Made by a program: the position numbers and the translations under genes
Shown: in pieces, positions 19,901-28,529 of the stretch
Layout of the letters: every line of letters begins with the position of its first letter
Numbering within the stretch: position 1 is the stretch's first letter
Source of the DNA: Spirochaetia bacterium
GTDB lineage: Bacteria; Spirochaetota; Spirochaetia; WTKD01; G963693115
Assembly: GCA_963693115.1 (NCBI GenBank)
Contig: OY843750.1
Coordinates: 1,148,680-1,212,679 of the forward strand
Direction: 5' to 3'
Length of the DNA: 64,000 nt
Notes under the pieces: generated by a model
Database searches by the model: none
The model's input: only the letters and a program-made list of their open reading frames with translations
Told to the model about the DNA's origin: nothing

Positions 19901-21477
19901 TAAAACTGTACTCACATGAAACATCAAAGTATATAGACAATGCTACTCAAACCACGTACAAAATACCTGATTTAGTATTGATGGAAAGAGCGGGAGTTGT
20001 AGCTACAGAATTATTTATACGTCATGTATTGCCTTCGCATACTCAAACACATTCATCAAAAGACACGGTAGTAGTAATAGTTGCAGGAAAAGGCAATAAC
20101 GGGGCAGATGCTCTTGTGTGTGCAAGAGAGCTATCAAAACATCACATACAAGTGTTGCTGTATCAAGCACATAAACCAAAAACCCAGCTATGTAAACTAC
20201 AAGATAGAATTATTCGTGCAATGGGCCTTCGTCTTCTTACGAAAAAAGAATTCTTTGAAATTGTATCCAGTCTGCAAAGTAATGACTGGATTATTGACGG
20301 AATATATGGGATAGGTCTTTCGGATACAATACGTGATACACAACTAGTAGAGGTGTTAAATTCTTCAAAGGGGTCAGTGTTTTCGCTCGACGTTCCTTCG
20401 GGATTTTATGATAGCGCCAGTAGTGATGAGCTCGTAGTACATGCAGACCATTGCGTGTGCTTTGGTGTTACTAAGATGAGTCTATTTAATCCTCTCTTAC
20501 GTAAGCATGCGGGGGTAGTTCATACCGTTGATATTGGATTTCCTACAGAATTAGTATGTTCTACTGCGCCACAAGCATTATTGTTACAAAATAGTGACTT
20601 AGATGGAGCACTTTCTCCGCTCAGTCCAGAAGCGTATAAGTACTCAAAAGGAGTGTGTTTGATTGCTGCAGGCAGTGATGAAACCCCCGGCGCCGCCATT
20701 CTCGCACTCAAAGCGGCGACATTAGGGGCGTGTGGGTTAGTTGTGGGGCTCCTTGATAAAGAAGTACAAGGCATAGCTACTGGTTCGGTACCCTCTGTAA
20801 TCACTGGTCTTACCTATGAGCAGGTGCGTAAGATTGATTCTATAGTAGTCGGTCCCGGCTGGGGAAAAAAACGCAAAACGATGCTTAAAACACTGCATGC
20901 ACGGAAAGACTATATTGTCATGGATGCAGATAGCCTTCATGAATACAAATTGCATCCCTTCATCCTTTCGCCTTACACAGTAATGACGCCACATAGTGGA
21001 GAATATTCCATGCTTGAGCACGACACTGCTATGCATAGCAATTCTTTCATTCATAGAACACAAGAACTAGCGAACGTATTCTCTGCAACTATTGTGGCTA
21101 AGGCACCAACTAGTCTGATATGCTTTCCAGATCATTTTGAACAATGCCCACTTATCGTTGATGGTAGTACGCCCATCCTCGGAACTGCGGGCAGTGGAGA
21201 TATACTTTCTGGAGTGTTAGGAAGTACCCTTGCCTATGCGCATGCTACTCGAGGATTTGATAAAAAAGAATTTGTAAAAGCGGTGTGGTTTTCGGTGCTT
21301 TTACACAATTATCTTGGACAACGAGCACAATCCTTGTACGGTAGTGCAAACTCAGAGCTACTCTTACATACTATTCCCCATATCTACGACTATGCTTCTG
21401 GAAAACGCAAATTTAAGAACAAAAAGAGCGAAGATAAGAAGATAAGAAGAGATGGGGTATTAAATGACCATAGATAG
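19885..21477 (+). CDS. nnr: Bifunctional NAD(P)H-hydrate repair enzyme Nnr (YjeF epimerase/dehydratase)
   Basis: YjeF_N motif GKGNNGADALVCAREL and the C-terminal carbohydrate-kinase motif GTAGSGDILSGVLGS. Confidence 0.85.
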   Translation: MECFMIKLYSHETSKYIDNATQTTYKIPDLVLMERAGVVATELFIRHVLPSHTQTHSSKDTVVVIVAGKGNNGADALVCARELSKHHIQVLLYQAHKPKTQLCKLQDRIIRAMGLRLLTKKEFFEIVSSLQSNDWIIDGIYGIGLSDTIRDTQLVEVLNSSKGSVFSLDVPSGFYDSASSDELVVHADHCVCFGVTKMSLFNPLLRKHAGVVHTVDIGFPTELVCSTAPQALLLQNSDLDGALSPLSPEAYKYSKGVCLIAAGSDETPGAAILALKAATLGACGLVVGLLDKEVQGIATGSVPSVITGLTYEQVRKIDSIVVGPGWGKKRKTMLKTLHARKDYIVMDADSLHEYKLHPFILSPYTVMTPHSGEYSMLEHDTAMHSNSFIHRTQELANVFSATIVAKAPTSLICFPDHFEQCPLIVDGSTPILGTAGSGDILSGVLGSTLAYAHATRGFDKKEFVKAVWFSVLLHNYLGQRAQSLYGSANSELLLHTIPHIYDYASGKRKFKNKKSEDKKIRRDGVLNDHR

Positions 21478-21549
21478 CAACTACCCTTATTCAGTCATAT
21501 TCGGTTACGGAATGGTAAAGTTAGTTTTGTGGTACTATAATACTTAGTC

Positions 21550-21972
21550 ATGTATCAGATATATTTTTTTGGTAGTGTATTTTTATTTCTTTCTGGGCTT
21601 GTGCTTAGCTATAACAGGTTTGGAAAATTGATGAAATTGGATATCATATTTAAAGATGAGATTATGAGTTCCAAGAAACTAAGGATACTTTTGGGAGTCC
21701 TTGTATCGGTGTTTTCTTTTTTGATGCTCCTCAGCCCGCTTAAGTTAGATACCAATAAGCCCTTTGGCGACTTTATTCCTGCCCTTGTGGGTATTGTGGG
21801 TGGAGTTTTTATGATTTTTGGTTCTGTTCAAAAAACTGAAGGTTATCTCAAAAAGTCAAAGGTAGCGCAGTCATTGTACGGGTTCCTTAATACAAATATC
21901 GCTATGCTCGGCATTCTCATGATGTTGCTTGCCCTTTTTCATGCAATATTTGGTGAAACACCTTTTCTATAA
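21550..21972 (+). CDS. Hypothetical integral membrane protein
   Basis: 140 aa with four hydrophobic segments. No family recognised. Confidence 0.5.
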   Translation: MYQIYFFGSVFLFLSGLVLSYNRFGKLMKLDIIFKDEIMSSKKLRILLGVLVSVFSFLMLLSPLKLDTNKPFGDFIPALVGIVGGVFMIFGSVQKTEGYLKKSKVAQSLYGFLNTNIAMLGILMMLLALFHAIFGETPFL

Positions 21973-22294
21973 GCAGTAATATACAACTATTGCCAAATAA
22001 TTTTGCTATTTTTTCTTGTATTATCTGCACAGTTTTATTGGTATAAGCGCGTCTTTTCAGGTTTGTACATCTCATTGGTTCTTTTATCCTCATAGATCTT
22101 TTCGATATAACCCTCGCTGTCGTTTTTTATTATCACCTATACTTAGTTTAATTAAGGGCTTAGCTAATATAGTGCAGTGTGCACGCATATGTGGTATATA
22201 CGTGCAATAGAAATTATATTTGACTACTGTATAACAATCCTAATAAACAGGTATTTTAACTAATATATTTTGATAAAAGTCCGTATATCTAAGT

Positions 22295-22804
22295 ATGGAT
22301 ATACAAGTGCATCGGACTACATCCACAGTTCATACAGAACTTGAGCGAGATCTCAATATCTTGCTTCATTGTCTTGAAGAGCATCACAAAGCGCTAAAAC
22401 ATATTTTTGATAGGCTTGAGACTTCTGAGAATACTGATGCTTTGGAACATCTTTCAACAAAAAGTAGTCAATTAGGGAGACTACGTACAAGTATTCATAA
22501 AAAGCAGACAGAAATTTGTCAAATGATCAATAGGGGTGAGATTTTCTCATTAAGTGAAATTTACGAACTATACTCTGATTATTATGAGAGCGATATAGGC
22601 GAAACAGGCAAGGAGTGCATTGCTCTTTATCGTAGCATTGCGCATTACGCTGATGCAATAAAAATTTATTTTGAGAGTAAAGGAAGCCTTTATCAAAACT
22701 TCATAAAAAATTTGTATAGTCAAATCTCGCCTACATACACCTATGGAAGCGACGGAGAGCTTAAAACCAATAAGTCAGGAGTACTCGTTGCAAAAAACAT
22801 ATAG
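22295..22804 (+). CDS. FlgN/FlbF-like putative flagellar chaperone
   Basis: 169 aa, predicted helical, immediately upstream of flgK-flgL. As I recall, that is the position of FlbF (FlgN family) in Borrelia. The call rests mostly on position. Confidence 0.45.
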   Translation: MDIQVHRTTSTVHTELERDLNILLHCLEEHHKALKHIFDRLETSENTDALEHLSTKSSQLGRLRTSIHKKQTEICQMINRGEIFSLSEIYELYSDYYESDIGETGKECIALYRSIAHYADAIKIYFESKGSLYQNFIKNLYSQISPTYTYGSDGELKTNKSGVLVAKNI

Positions 22805-22812
22805 GAGGCAGC

Positions 22813-24717
22813 ATGCAATCTACATTTAGCGGTGTTGAGTTATCAAAACGGGCTTTGTTTGCCCAAATGCAAGGATTAACAACTGTAGGACATAATCTCA
22901 GCAATATAAATACGGCAGGGTATAGCAAGCAGAATGTACGACTTCAATCAACACAACCCTTATATGAACCCGGTGCCATGCGTAGGCATACCCCAGGGCA
23001 GATAGGGCAAGGGGTAGACATAGCTGCCATAGTTCGTCAGCGCGACATGCAGATTGAAGGGCAGATAGTAGAATTTTCTCATCTTGAGGGATTCTGGAAT
23101 AAAAAAAGCAGCTATATGCTCAAACTCGAAGAGGTTTATAACGAAGTAGGAAACTCTTCTTTACGCAATGCCTTTGACAAGTTCTGGGAGTCGTGGCAAG
23201 AAGTGAGTGTGTATCCCGAGCAGGTAGGGTCAAGACAGGTGCTTGTAAGGCGCTCAGAAACACTCATGTCTGAGGTAAAAACGCAACACTCTCGTCTCAG
23301 TCAAATAGAAGAAGCACTCAACACCGAAGTCAATGTGATTGTTGGTACAATCAACACCTTGCTTGCAGATATATCAGCACTCAATCGTCGTATAGAAGAA
23401 GTTCGACAGCTGGGAGATAACCCAAACGATCTACTAGATAGAAGAGATGTACTTGTCGGACAGTTGAGCCATATCATCAATGTGCAAACAGATGAGAGTG
23501 ATCCCGATGAATTTTTTGTACATTTTAATGGCAAGGTAATCGTCCAAGGAAAAATAAACAGACCGCTTGAGGTGTATCTCCCTGAAAACAGTCGTGGTAA
23601 TACTGACGTTCGATGGGCTGACACGCAAGATAGTATAGACAGAACAGGGGGTACGCTTTCAGCGGTATTAGAGCTAAGAGACACGGACGTAAAACACGAA
23701 TTAGACAACCTTAACCTATTTACAATATCTCTTACAGACGCTGTAAACCGTCTCCATAGACAAGGTTTTGGTCTTACAGGAGAGACAGGAGTTTCTTTTT
23801 TTACTGAGAGTTCTGCTGTCATAGATGCGAGAGGTAATTTTGATAGCGACAATGATGGAGTGCTTGATCAGACACTCGTCTATAGTCTAGGGGGGGCACA
23901 CTCGCTTGACTCTACAGCATTAATTGGTTTTGAAGGAGAGATCACACTAGAACGAGCCATTGATAGCACTACAAGTTCTACTCTAGACCCTTTTGTGACT
24001 ATAGGATACGGAGCAAATGATACTGTTCAAGATGTAATAGACAGAATAAACGCAAGCGGAAGTCAAATAAATGCCTATCTTGACAATAATAGCAGGCTTA
24101 TCATGAGGGCGGTTCCATCGCAATCCTTCGATACTCCTGATTTTGTCATTAAAAGCATAGCAGATACAGGAGAATTTCTTGCAGGGTATTCGGGTCTACT
24201 AGCAAACCCCGGATCAATTGATTCTTTAAATGCATATACGTGGCAAACTGCTGACGCACTCAGCGTACTTAATCCACAAAGTGACTTTGGGGTTGCGCCT
24301 TTCAAAAATCCTTCGGCATATACAGAGGTCAACGCTGCAATAGTAGAAGATCCGCGCTTAGTGGCAGCATCAGAACAATATGCGCTAAGTGGTGGAGAAC
24401 CTGGTGATGGAAACCTTGCTCGTAAAATTGCTTCTCTCCGTAGTCAAAATATACAAATAGGACTTTCAAAAAATTTCAATGATTTTTTTGCCGATGCACT
24501 TGCTTTTATTGGGAGCAAAGGCGAAGAAGCCGAAACTAAAATGAAGACCTACGATCTCATTTTACAAAAACTAGGAGATCAACAGCAGGCGGTTGCAGGG
24601 GTAAATCTTGATGAAGAACTACAAGACATGATTAAATATCAAACGGGTTATGAAGCGGCGGCGCGTTTTTTAACAAATTTAGAAGAGATGTACGAAGTAC
24701 TACTCACAATGGTGTGA
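22813..24717 (+). CDS. flgK: Flagellar hook-associated protein 1 FlgK
   Basis: N-terminal STFSGVELSKRALFAQMQGLTTVGHNLSNINTAGYSKQ and C-terminal VNLDEELQDMIKYQTGYEAAARFL, both typical of FlgK. Confidence 0.92.
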   Translation: MQSTFSGVELSKRALFAQMQGLTTVGHNLSNINTAGYSKQNVRLQSTQPLYEPGAMRRHTPGQIGQGVDIAAIVRQRDMQIEGQIVEFSHLEGFWNKKSSYMLKLEEVYNEVGNSSLRNAFDKFWESWQEVSVYPEQVGSRQVLVRRSETLMSEVKTQHSRLSQIEEALNTEVNVIVGTINTLLADISALNRRIEEVRQLGDNPNDLLDRRDVLVGQLSHIINVQTDESDPDEFFVHFNGKVIVQGKINRPLEVYLPENSRGNTDVRWADTQDSIDRTGGTLSAVLELRDTDVKHELDNLNLFTISLTDAVNRLHRQGFGLTGETGVSFFTESSAVIDARGNFDSDNDGVLDQTLVYSLGGAHSLDSTALIGFEGEITLERAIDSTTSSTLDPFVTIGYGANDTVQDVIDRINASGSQINAYLDNNSRLIMRAVPSQSFDTPDFVIKSIADTGEFLAGYSGLLANPGSIDSLNAYTWQTADALSVLNPQSDFGVAPFKNPSAYTEVNAAIVEDPRLVAASEQYALSGGEPGDGNLARKIASLRSQNIQIGLSKNFNDFFADALAFIGSKGEEAETKMKTYDLILQKLGDQQQAVAGVNLDEELQDMIKYQTGYEAAARFLTNLEEMYEVLLTMV

Positions 24718-24776
24718 TTTATGATATATGATATGATCCACCGCAAAATGTCACATAGGTATAAAGGAATCAAATA

Positions 24777-26021
24777 ATGATAGGAAGAATAAGCTATAAT
24801 AAGTTTCACAATGATGTTGAGATGCACATACGTAATAAAAATGCAAATCTCAGCACACAACAAAATCAAATAGCAAGTCAGAAAAAGGTTCTGAATCCTC
24901 GCGAAAATCCCATTGCTATTTCACAAGGATCAAGATATGCTAGTTCGATACGGGTACGAGAACTCTACGCCACACAAAATAGAAAATTGTATGATACGTT
25001 TCAAGCTGCAGAAGGTTCACTTAGACAGAGTATAGAGATATTTCAGCGTAGCCGAGAATTGTCAATACAAGCGGCAAATGGGTATCTTGCGAATGATGAC
25101 AGAACGGTTATGGCCGAAGAAGTAAATCAGCTCATTGACCAGCTTGTGAGCGTTGTAAACCAGAAGAGCGGAGATGGAAACTTTCTATTTGGTGGCACGA
25201 GTTCGCAACGCGAGCCTTTTAGAGCATTACAAACAGCATCAAATAGATTGAGAAAAGATGTTATTACACAGGTTGAGTATACAGGAAGCAATAGAGTTTC
25301 CATGGTTGAAATTTCAGAAAATGAACTCATTCCGCATAGGCTTGCAGGAAACGAGGTCTTTTGGGCTAATAAATCGCGAATTACGGGTGGCGCATCGGGT
25401 CTTACGTATTCGCTGGGAGAAGATGCAGTAGTCAAGATAAATGATCATCAAATTAGCCTAAGTCAAGGTGATTCAATCTATGCGATAGTAGAGAAAATAA
25501 ATGCAGCTCCTGTAGCTGTACAGGCGAGTATCGATAGTGTGACGGGAGCTTTGAGTATTGAGTCAACAAAATTTGAACAATTATGGCTAGAAGATGAGCA
25601 AGGAAATGTTTTACAAGACTTACAAGTAATTGAAAGCCCTTTTGGACCTTATAATGTCCATCCCAATGCACTAAATTTTCAGGAGTCTATCTTTGATGTA
25701 CTTATTCGACTAAGAGACTCGTTATTTGAAGATAACTACGAGCTTGCAGGTGGAAGGGCGCTCGGAACTATAGATAAAGGATTGGAGTCTATACTCAATT
25801 CTATGGGTAAAATGGGTGCCTATTCCGAGCGCTTATCGTTTACATACGAACGAATAGAACGGTATGAAATACCTAATTTTACTCGACAATATGACGAATC
25901 TATGTCTATAGATCTCGCTCAAGCTACTGTTCGATACTCAGAATTGCAGGTGGCTCTTCAGGCTGCCTACAAGGTCGGTACCGATATCATGACAACATCG
26001 CTATTGCAATATCTACGATAG
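24777..26021 (+). CDS. flgL: Flagellar hook-associated protein 3 FlgL
   Basis: 414 aa with flagellin-like N and C helices (IASQKKVLNPRENPIAISQ...; DLAQATVRYSELQVALQAAYKV). It follows flgK. Confidence 0.85.
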   Translation: MIGRISYNKFHNDVEMHIRNKNANLSTQQNQIASQKKVLNPRENPIAISQGSRYASSIRVRELYATQNRKLYDTFQAAEGSLRQSIEIFQRSRELSIQAANGYLANDDRTVMAEEVNQLIDQLVSVVNQKSGDGNFLFGGTSSQREPFRALQTASNRLRKDVITQVEYTGSNRVSMVEISENELIPHRLAGNEVFWANKSRITGGASGLTYSLGEDAVVKINDHQISLSQGDSIYAIVEKINAAPVAVQASIDSVTGALSIESTKFEQLWLEDEQGNVLQDLQVIESPFGPYNVHPNALNFQESIFDVLIRLRDSLFEDNYELAGGRALGTIDKGLESILNSMGKMGAYSERLSFTYERIERYEIPNFTRQYDESMSIDLAQATVRYSELQVALQAAYKVGTDIMTTSLLQYLR

Positions 26022-26030
26022 GAGGATCTC

Positions 26031-26477
26031 TTGCTAGTAACACCACAAAAAACCAATTATTCCCTTTATAAAGACTCTCTTGAAAAAACATTCTTTTTGC
26101 CCAACGGATTGTTTGGCATTGAGAACATCCACGAGTATCGTATTCAAAAAGTTTCTGATACTCCTTTCTATGACATGCAGGCAACACAAGAGGACTATTC
26201 ATTCTTTTTAATTAATCCTTATTTTATATCGCAAGAATTTGAATTAAATATTTTGCCTCATGACTACCAAGCTCTTGGTAGCCCTGCTTATATGGATCTT
26301 ATTGTGTTTTCTATTGTGACGCTCAATAGCGACGTACAAAAAGTGAGTTGCAATTTGTTAGGTCCTTTAGTGATAAACACGGCAACACTTATTGCTCGAC
26401 AATGTATCAATCAAGACGAAAAATGGGTAACTAAGCACTCTCTCCTGACAGGAAAATCACTTTCTAGCACATTATAG
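26031..26477 (+). CDS. fliW: Flagellar assembly factor FliW
   Basis: TTG start with GGAGGA 4 nt upstream. 148 aa with FLPNGLFGIENIHEYRI...FYDMQATQEDYSFFLINPY, typical of FliW. It sits next to csrA. Confidence 0.88.
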   Translation: MLVTPQKTNYSLYKDSLEKTFFLPNGLFGIENIHEYRIQKVSDTPFYDMQATQEDYSFFLINPYFISQEFELNILPHDYQALGSPAYMDLIVFSIVTLNSDVQKVSCNLLGPLVINTATLIARQCINQDEKWVTKHSLLTGKSLSSTL

Positions 26478-26559
26478 CTCATACAAAGTAGAAATTATAC
26501 TGTAAATATAGTATAAATAAACAGAATCTCTAGGCACATTGTACTATAATTAGTGATAT

Positions 26560-26802
26560 ATGCTGGTGTTGTCAAGGAAGAAAGACGAATCTATAGTCAT
26601 AGAGATTGAGCAAGGAATTAACATAAAAATCTTAGAGGTGAAAGGTGACAATGTCAAGATTGGTATTGATGCCCCTCCACATATCAGAGTATTTCGAGAA
26701 GAAGTAATCAAAAAGATTGCGCAGGAAAATCTTGCTGCAAACAAGCCACGTGGTGCTAGTCAGCCTGACGATGCCATGTTAAATACTATTTTGAAACAAT
26801 AA
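26560..26802 (+). CDS. csrA: Carbon storage regulator CsrA (flagellar type, with C-terminal extension)
   Basis: MLVLSRKKDESIVI...GDNVKIGIDAPPHIRVFREEV; 80 aa. There is no Shine-Dalgarno, and a TATAAT hexamer (26545-26550) lies 9 nt before the ATG. Confidence 0.93.
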   Translation: MLVLSRKKDESIVIEIEQGINIKILEVKGDNVKIGIDAPPHIRVFREEVIKKIAQENLAANKPRGASQPDDAMLNTILKQ

Positions 26803-27745
26803 AACTATCTTCGTACCGTATATCAAAACTTTTTTCTGTGCTATAGGTACATTTAGCCTTTAGTTGATGTACAAGTTTTGTTGTAGATTCAGTGAGATCG
26901 CGAGTGTTAGGGATAAAAAAGATACATAGCCTTGAATTTTTTATCTGTGGCAAGCACATAATGCGTCTATTTGTTGAGATAAGCGCATGCGTATCCGTAC
27001 TGCTGTATTTTTGGAGGGTAGCGATGAGCTTGTCATTCATGAGAGTCCCACGAAACACACAGCGTGGTGCTTTGTTCTCTAATGCATGTATTATTTGTAC
27101 AAAGCTTGCATGCGTGCTTTTTTCTAATACGCTTGTATAGTAGCGTATTCGCGTGTTGGGGTATGTGTTTTTTACATGTGTCTTTAATGCAAGAAAAAGA
27201 GCGTAGTGGCTTGAAAATCCAATAAGTGGGATAAGCCTTGCTGCTGACAAGCCATGACAAAATGCGTGGACTACTCGTAATAGTGAATATCTTCCTGGTC
27301 CCCAAGGGCATGCAAGGTATGAGAGTTCTAGCCCTTTTTTTTGCATCGCTACTATAAGTGTATGTACGTAGGGTGCAAGCATGGTGTCAATGGTGCTTTG
27401 GGATGGATTTGCATTAGAAATATTGGTAGTGCTAGGCTTACTTTTTTTAGCATTAGTACTTTTTAAGAGAGTGCTTTTTGAGAGCAGGTCCGTACGTGTG
27501 CTTATAGAGAGGGGGATATCCTGCATAACAGGTGGAACAGTGGTGGTAGCTATAAAATTGTGATCACCACTCGTGTAGATAATCATTCCGTAGCTTGTGC
27601 AGTTTTGCTGAGATGAAAAACTTGTTGCTATGCTTTGTGGAGTTATTGAGATGAAGGGGCTTGATGAGACAAAGGGGGCAATAGTGTGAAAAAGAATCGG
27701 TGTCACGTCATATGCTGGTAAGTAGGGGAAGCAGTTCATATTCAC
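26786..27745 (-). CDS. Hypothetical protein (orf319), distal gene of the fliD transcription unit
   Basis: 319-aa ORF overlapping orf273 by 38 nt and converging on csrA with a 17-nt overlap. The N-terminal third is S/T-rich. No family recognised. Confidence 0.5.
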   Translation of the reverse strand: MNMNCFPYLPAYDVTPILFHTIAPFVSSSPFISITPQSIATSFSSQQNCTSYGMIIYTSGDHNFIATTTVPPVMQDIPLSISTRTDLLSKSTLLKSTNAKKSKPSTTNISNANPSQSTIDTMLAPYVHTLIVAMQKKGLELSYLACPWGPGRYSLLRVVHAFCHGLSAARLIPLIGFSSHYALFLALKTHVKNTYPNTRIRYYTSVLEKSTHASFVQIIHALENKAPRCVFRGTLMNDKLIATLQKYSSTDTHALISTNRRIMCLPQIKNSRLCIFFIPNTRDLTESTTKLVHQLKAKCTYSTEKSFDIRYEDSFIVSK

Positions 27746-28529
27746 AAATATCCCCTATAGTAATCCAATCTTTTGCTTCTATGGCATCGTGTAATGTAGA
27801 AAGGTAATTAGTAGTGTTTGTAATCAATGTAAGGGTGTCTGGGTGCATTGATTTTTCTGCGTAATGAACATATACTTTAAAGGCTTCAGAAAAAGTAAAT
27901 ATCAATTGAAGTACTTCTTTGTAGTACTGTGCGTGCAGAAGCTGAGGGAGTATCCTAAAAGAACGAATAAAACTTTGCAAGAGGAGGCGCATTGTCTCAG
28001 TAGTATGTTCTTCGCTGTAATTCTGTATAAATGAACGAAGGTCGGTAAGAAGTGTGATTGATACATCAATGTGAAGTTGCGATGGGCTAGCGTGACGGTT
28101 TGCAAAGCCCCCAGAATTCCATATAAGTTCAAACAAACTTGATAGTACGACGTGTGTACTATCCTTAAAGAAAAATGAGTCGATAGTAGTATGTACTTTT
28201 TTATATTCTACCTCAAGGTTTTGAGGAGGGAGAGTATCAGACTTTAAAGCAGTGAGCAACTGCCCTAAAAATTCAAAAATGATTGTACGTGACCTCAAAA
28301 GCATTTCGGTTCGAGATATAGCGAGTACGCGTAGTGTTTCTATATCAGCGATTGGTGTATTATCTTTTGAAATATTGTTAAGGTCTATGCTATGCTGGTT
28401 GACGGTAATGTCGGTTATTATCGCATTCTCTTTGTCCAATAATAGAGTCAGGCTTGCATATACATCGGCTACGTTTTTTTCTTGTTCTAACGAAAAATGT
28501 AATTCGGTATCATTTATAAATAGTCGCAT
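27708..28529 (-). CDS. Hypothetical protein (orf273), translationally coupled to fliD
   Basis: Its start overlaps the fliD stop (TAATG). 273 aa, predicted mostly helical. No family recognised, and it does not resemble FliS. Confidence 0.55.
   Translation of the reverse strand: MRLFINDTELHFSLEQEKNVADVYASLTLLLDKENAIITDITVNQHSIDLNNISKDNTPIADIETLRVLAISRTEMLLRSRTIIFEFLGQLLTALKSDTLPPQNLEVEYKKVHTTIDSFFFKDSTHVVLSSLFELIWNSGGFANRHASPSQLHIDVSITLLTDLRSFIQNYSEEHTTETMRLLLQSFIRSFRILPQLLHAQYYKEVLQLIFTFSEAFKVYVHYAEKSMHPDTLTLITNTTNYLSTLHDAIEAKDWITIGDICEYELLPLLTSI

Noticed and set aside
22095-22115. Sigma-28 -10-like TTCGATAT upstream of the flgN-like/flgK operon, and a TAAT-N15-TCCGTATA motif at about 22262-22288.
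   Set aside because: The first has no TAAA-like -35 at 15-16 nt. The second matches only 3/4 and 5/8 and ends 6 nt from the start codon. Both are too weak to call.
22181-22205. Imperfect hairpin GCACGCATAT-gtggt-ATATACGTGC in the 322-bp gap before the flgN-like gene, and ORF 22016-22210.
   Set aside because: The stem has an internal mismatch, there is no U-tract, and it lies ~200 nt from the nearest stop codon. The ORF starts with TTG, has no SD and has an odd composition. Neither can be distinguished from chance.
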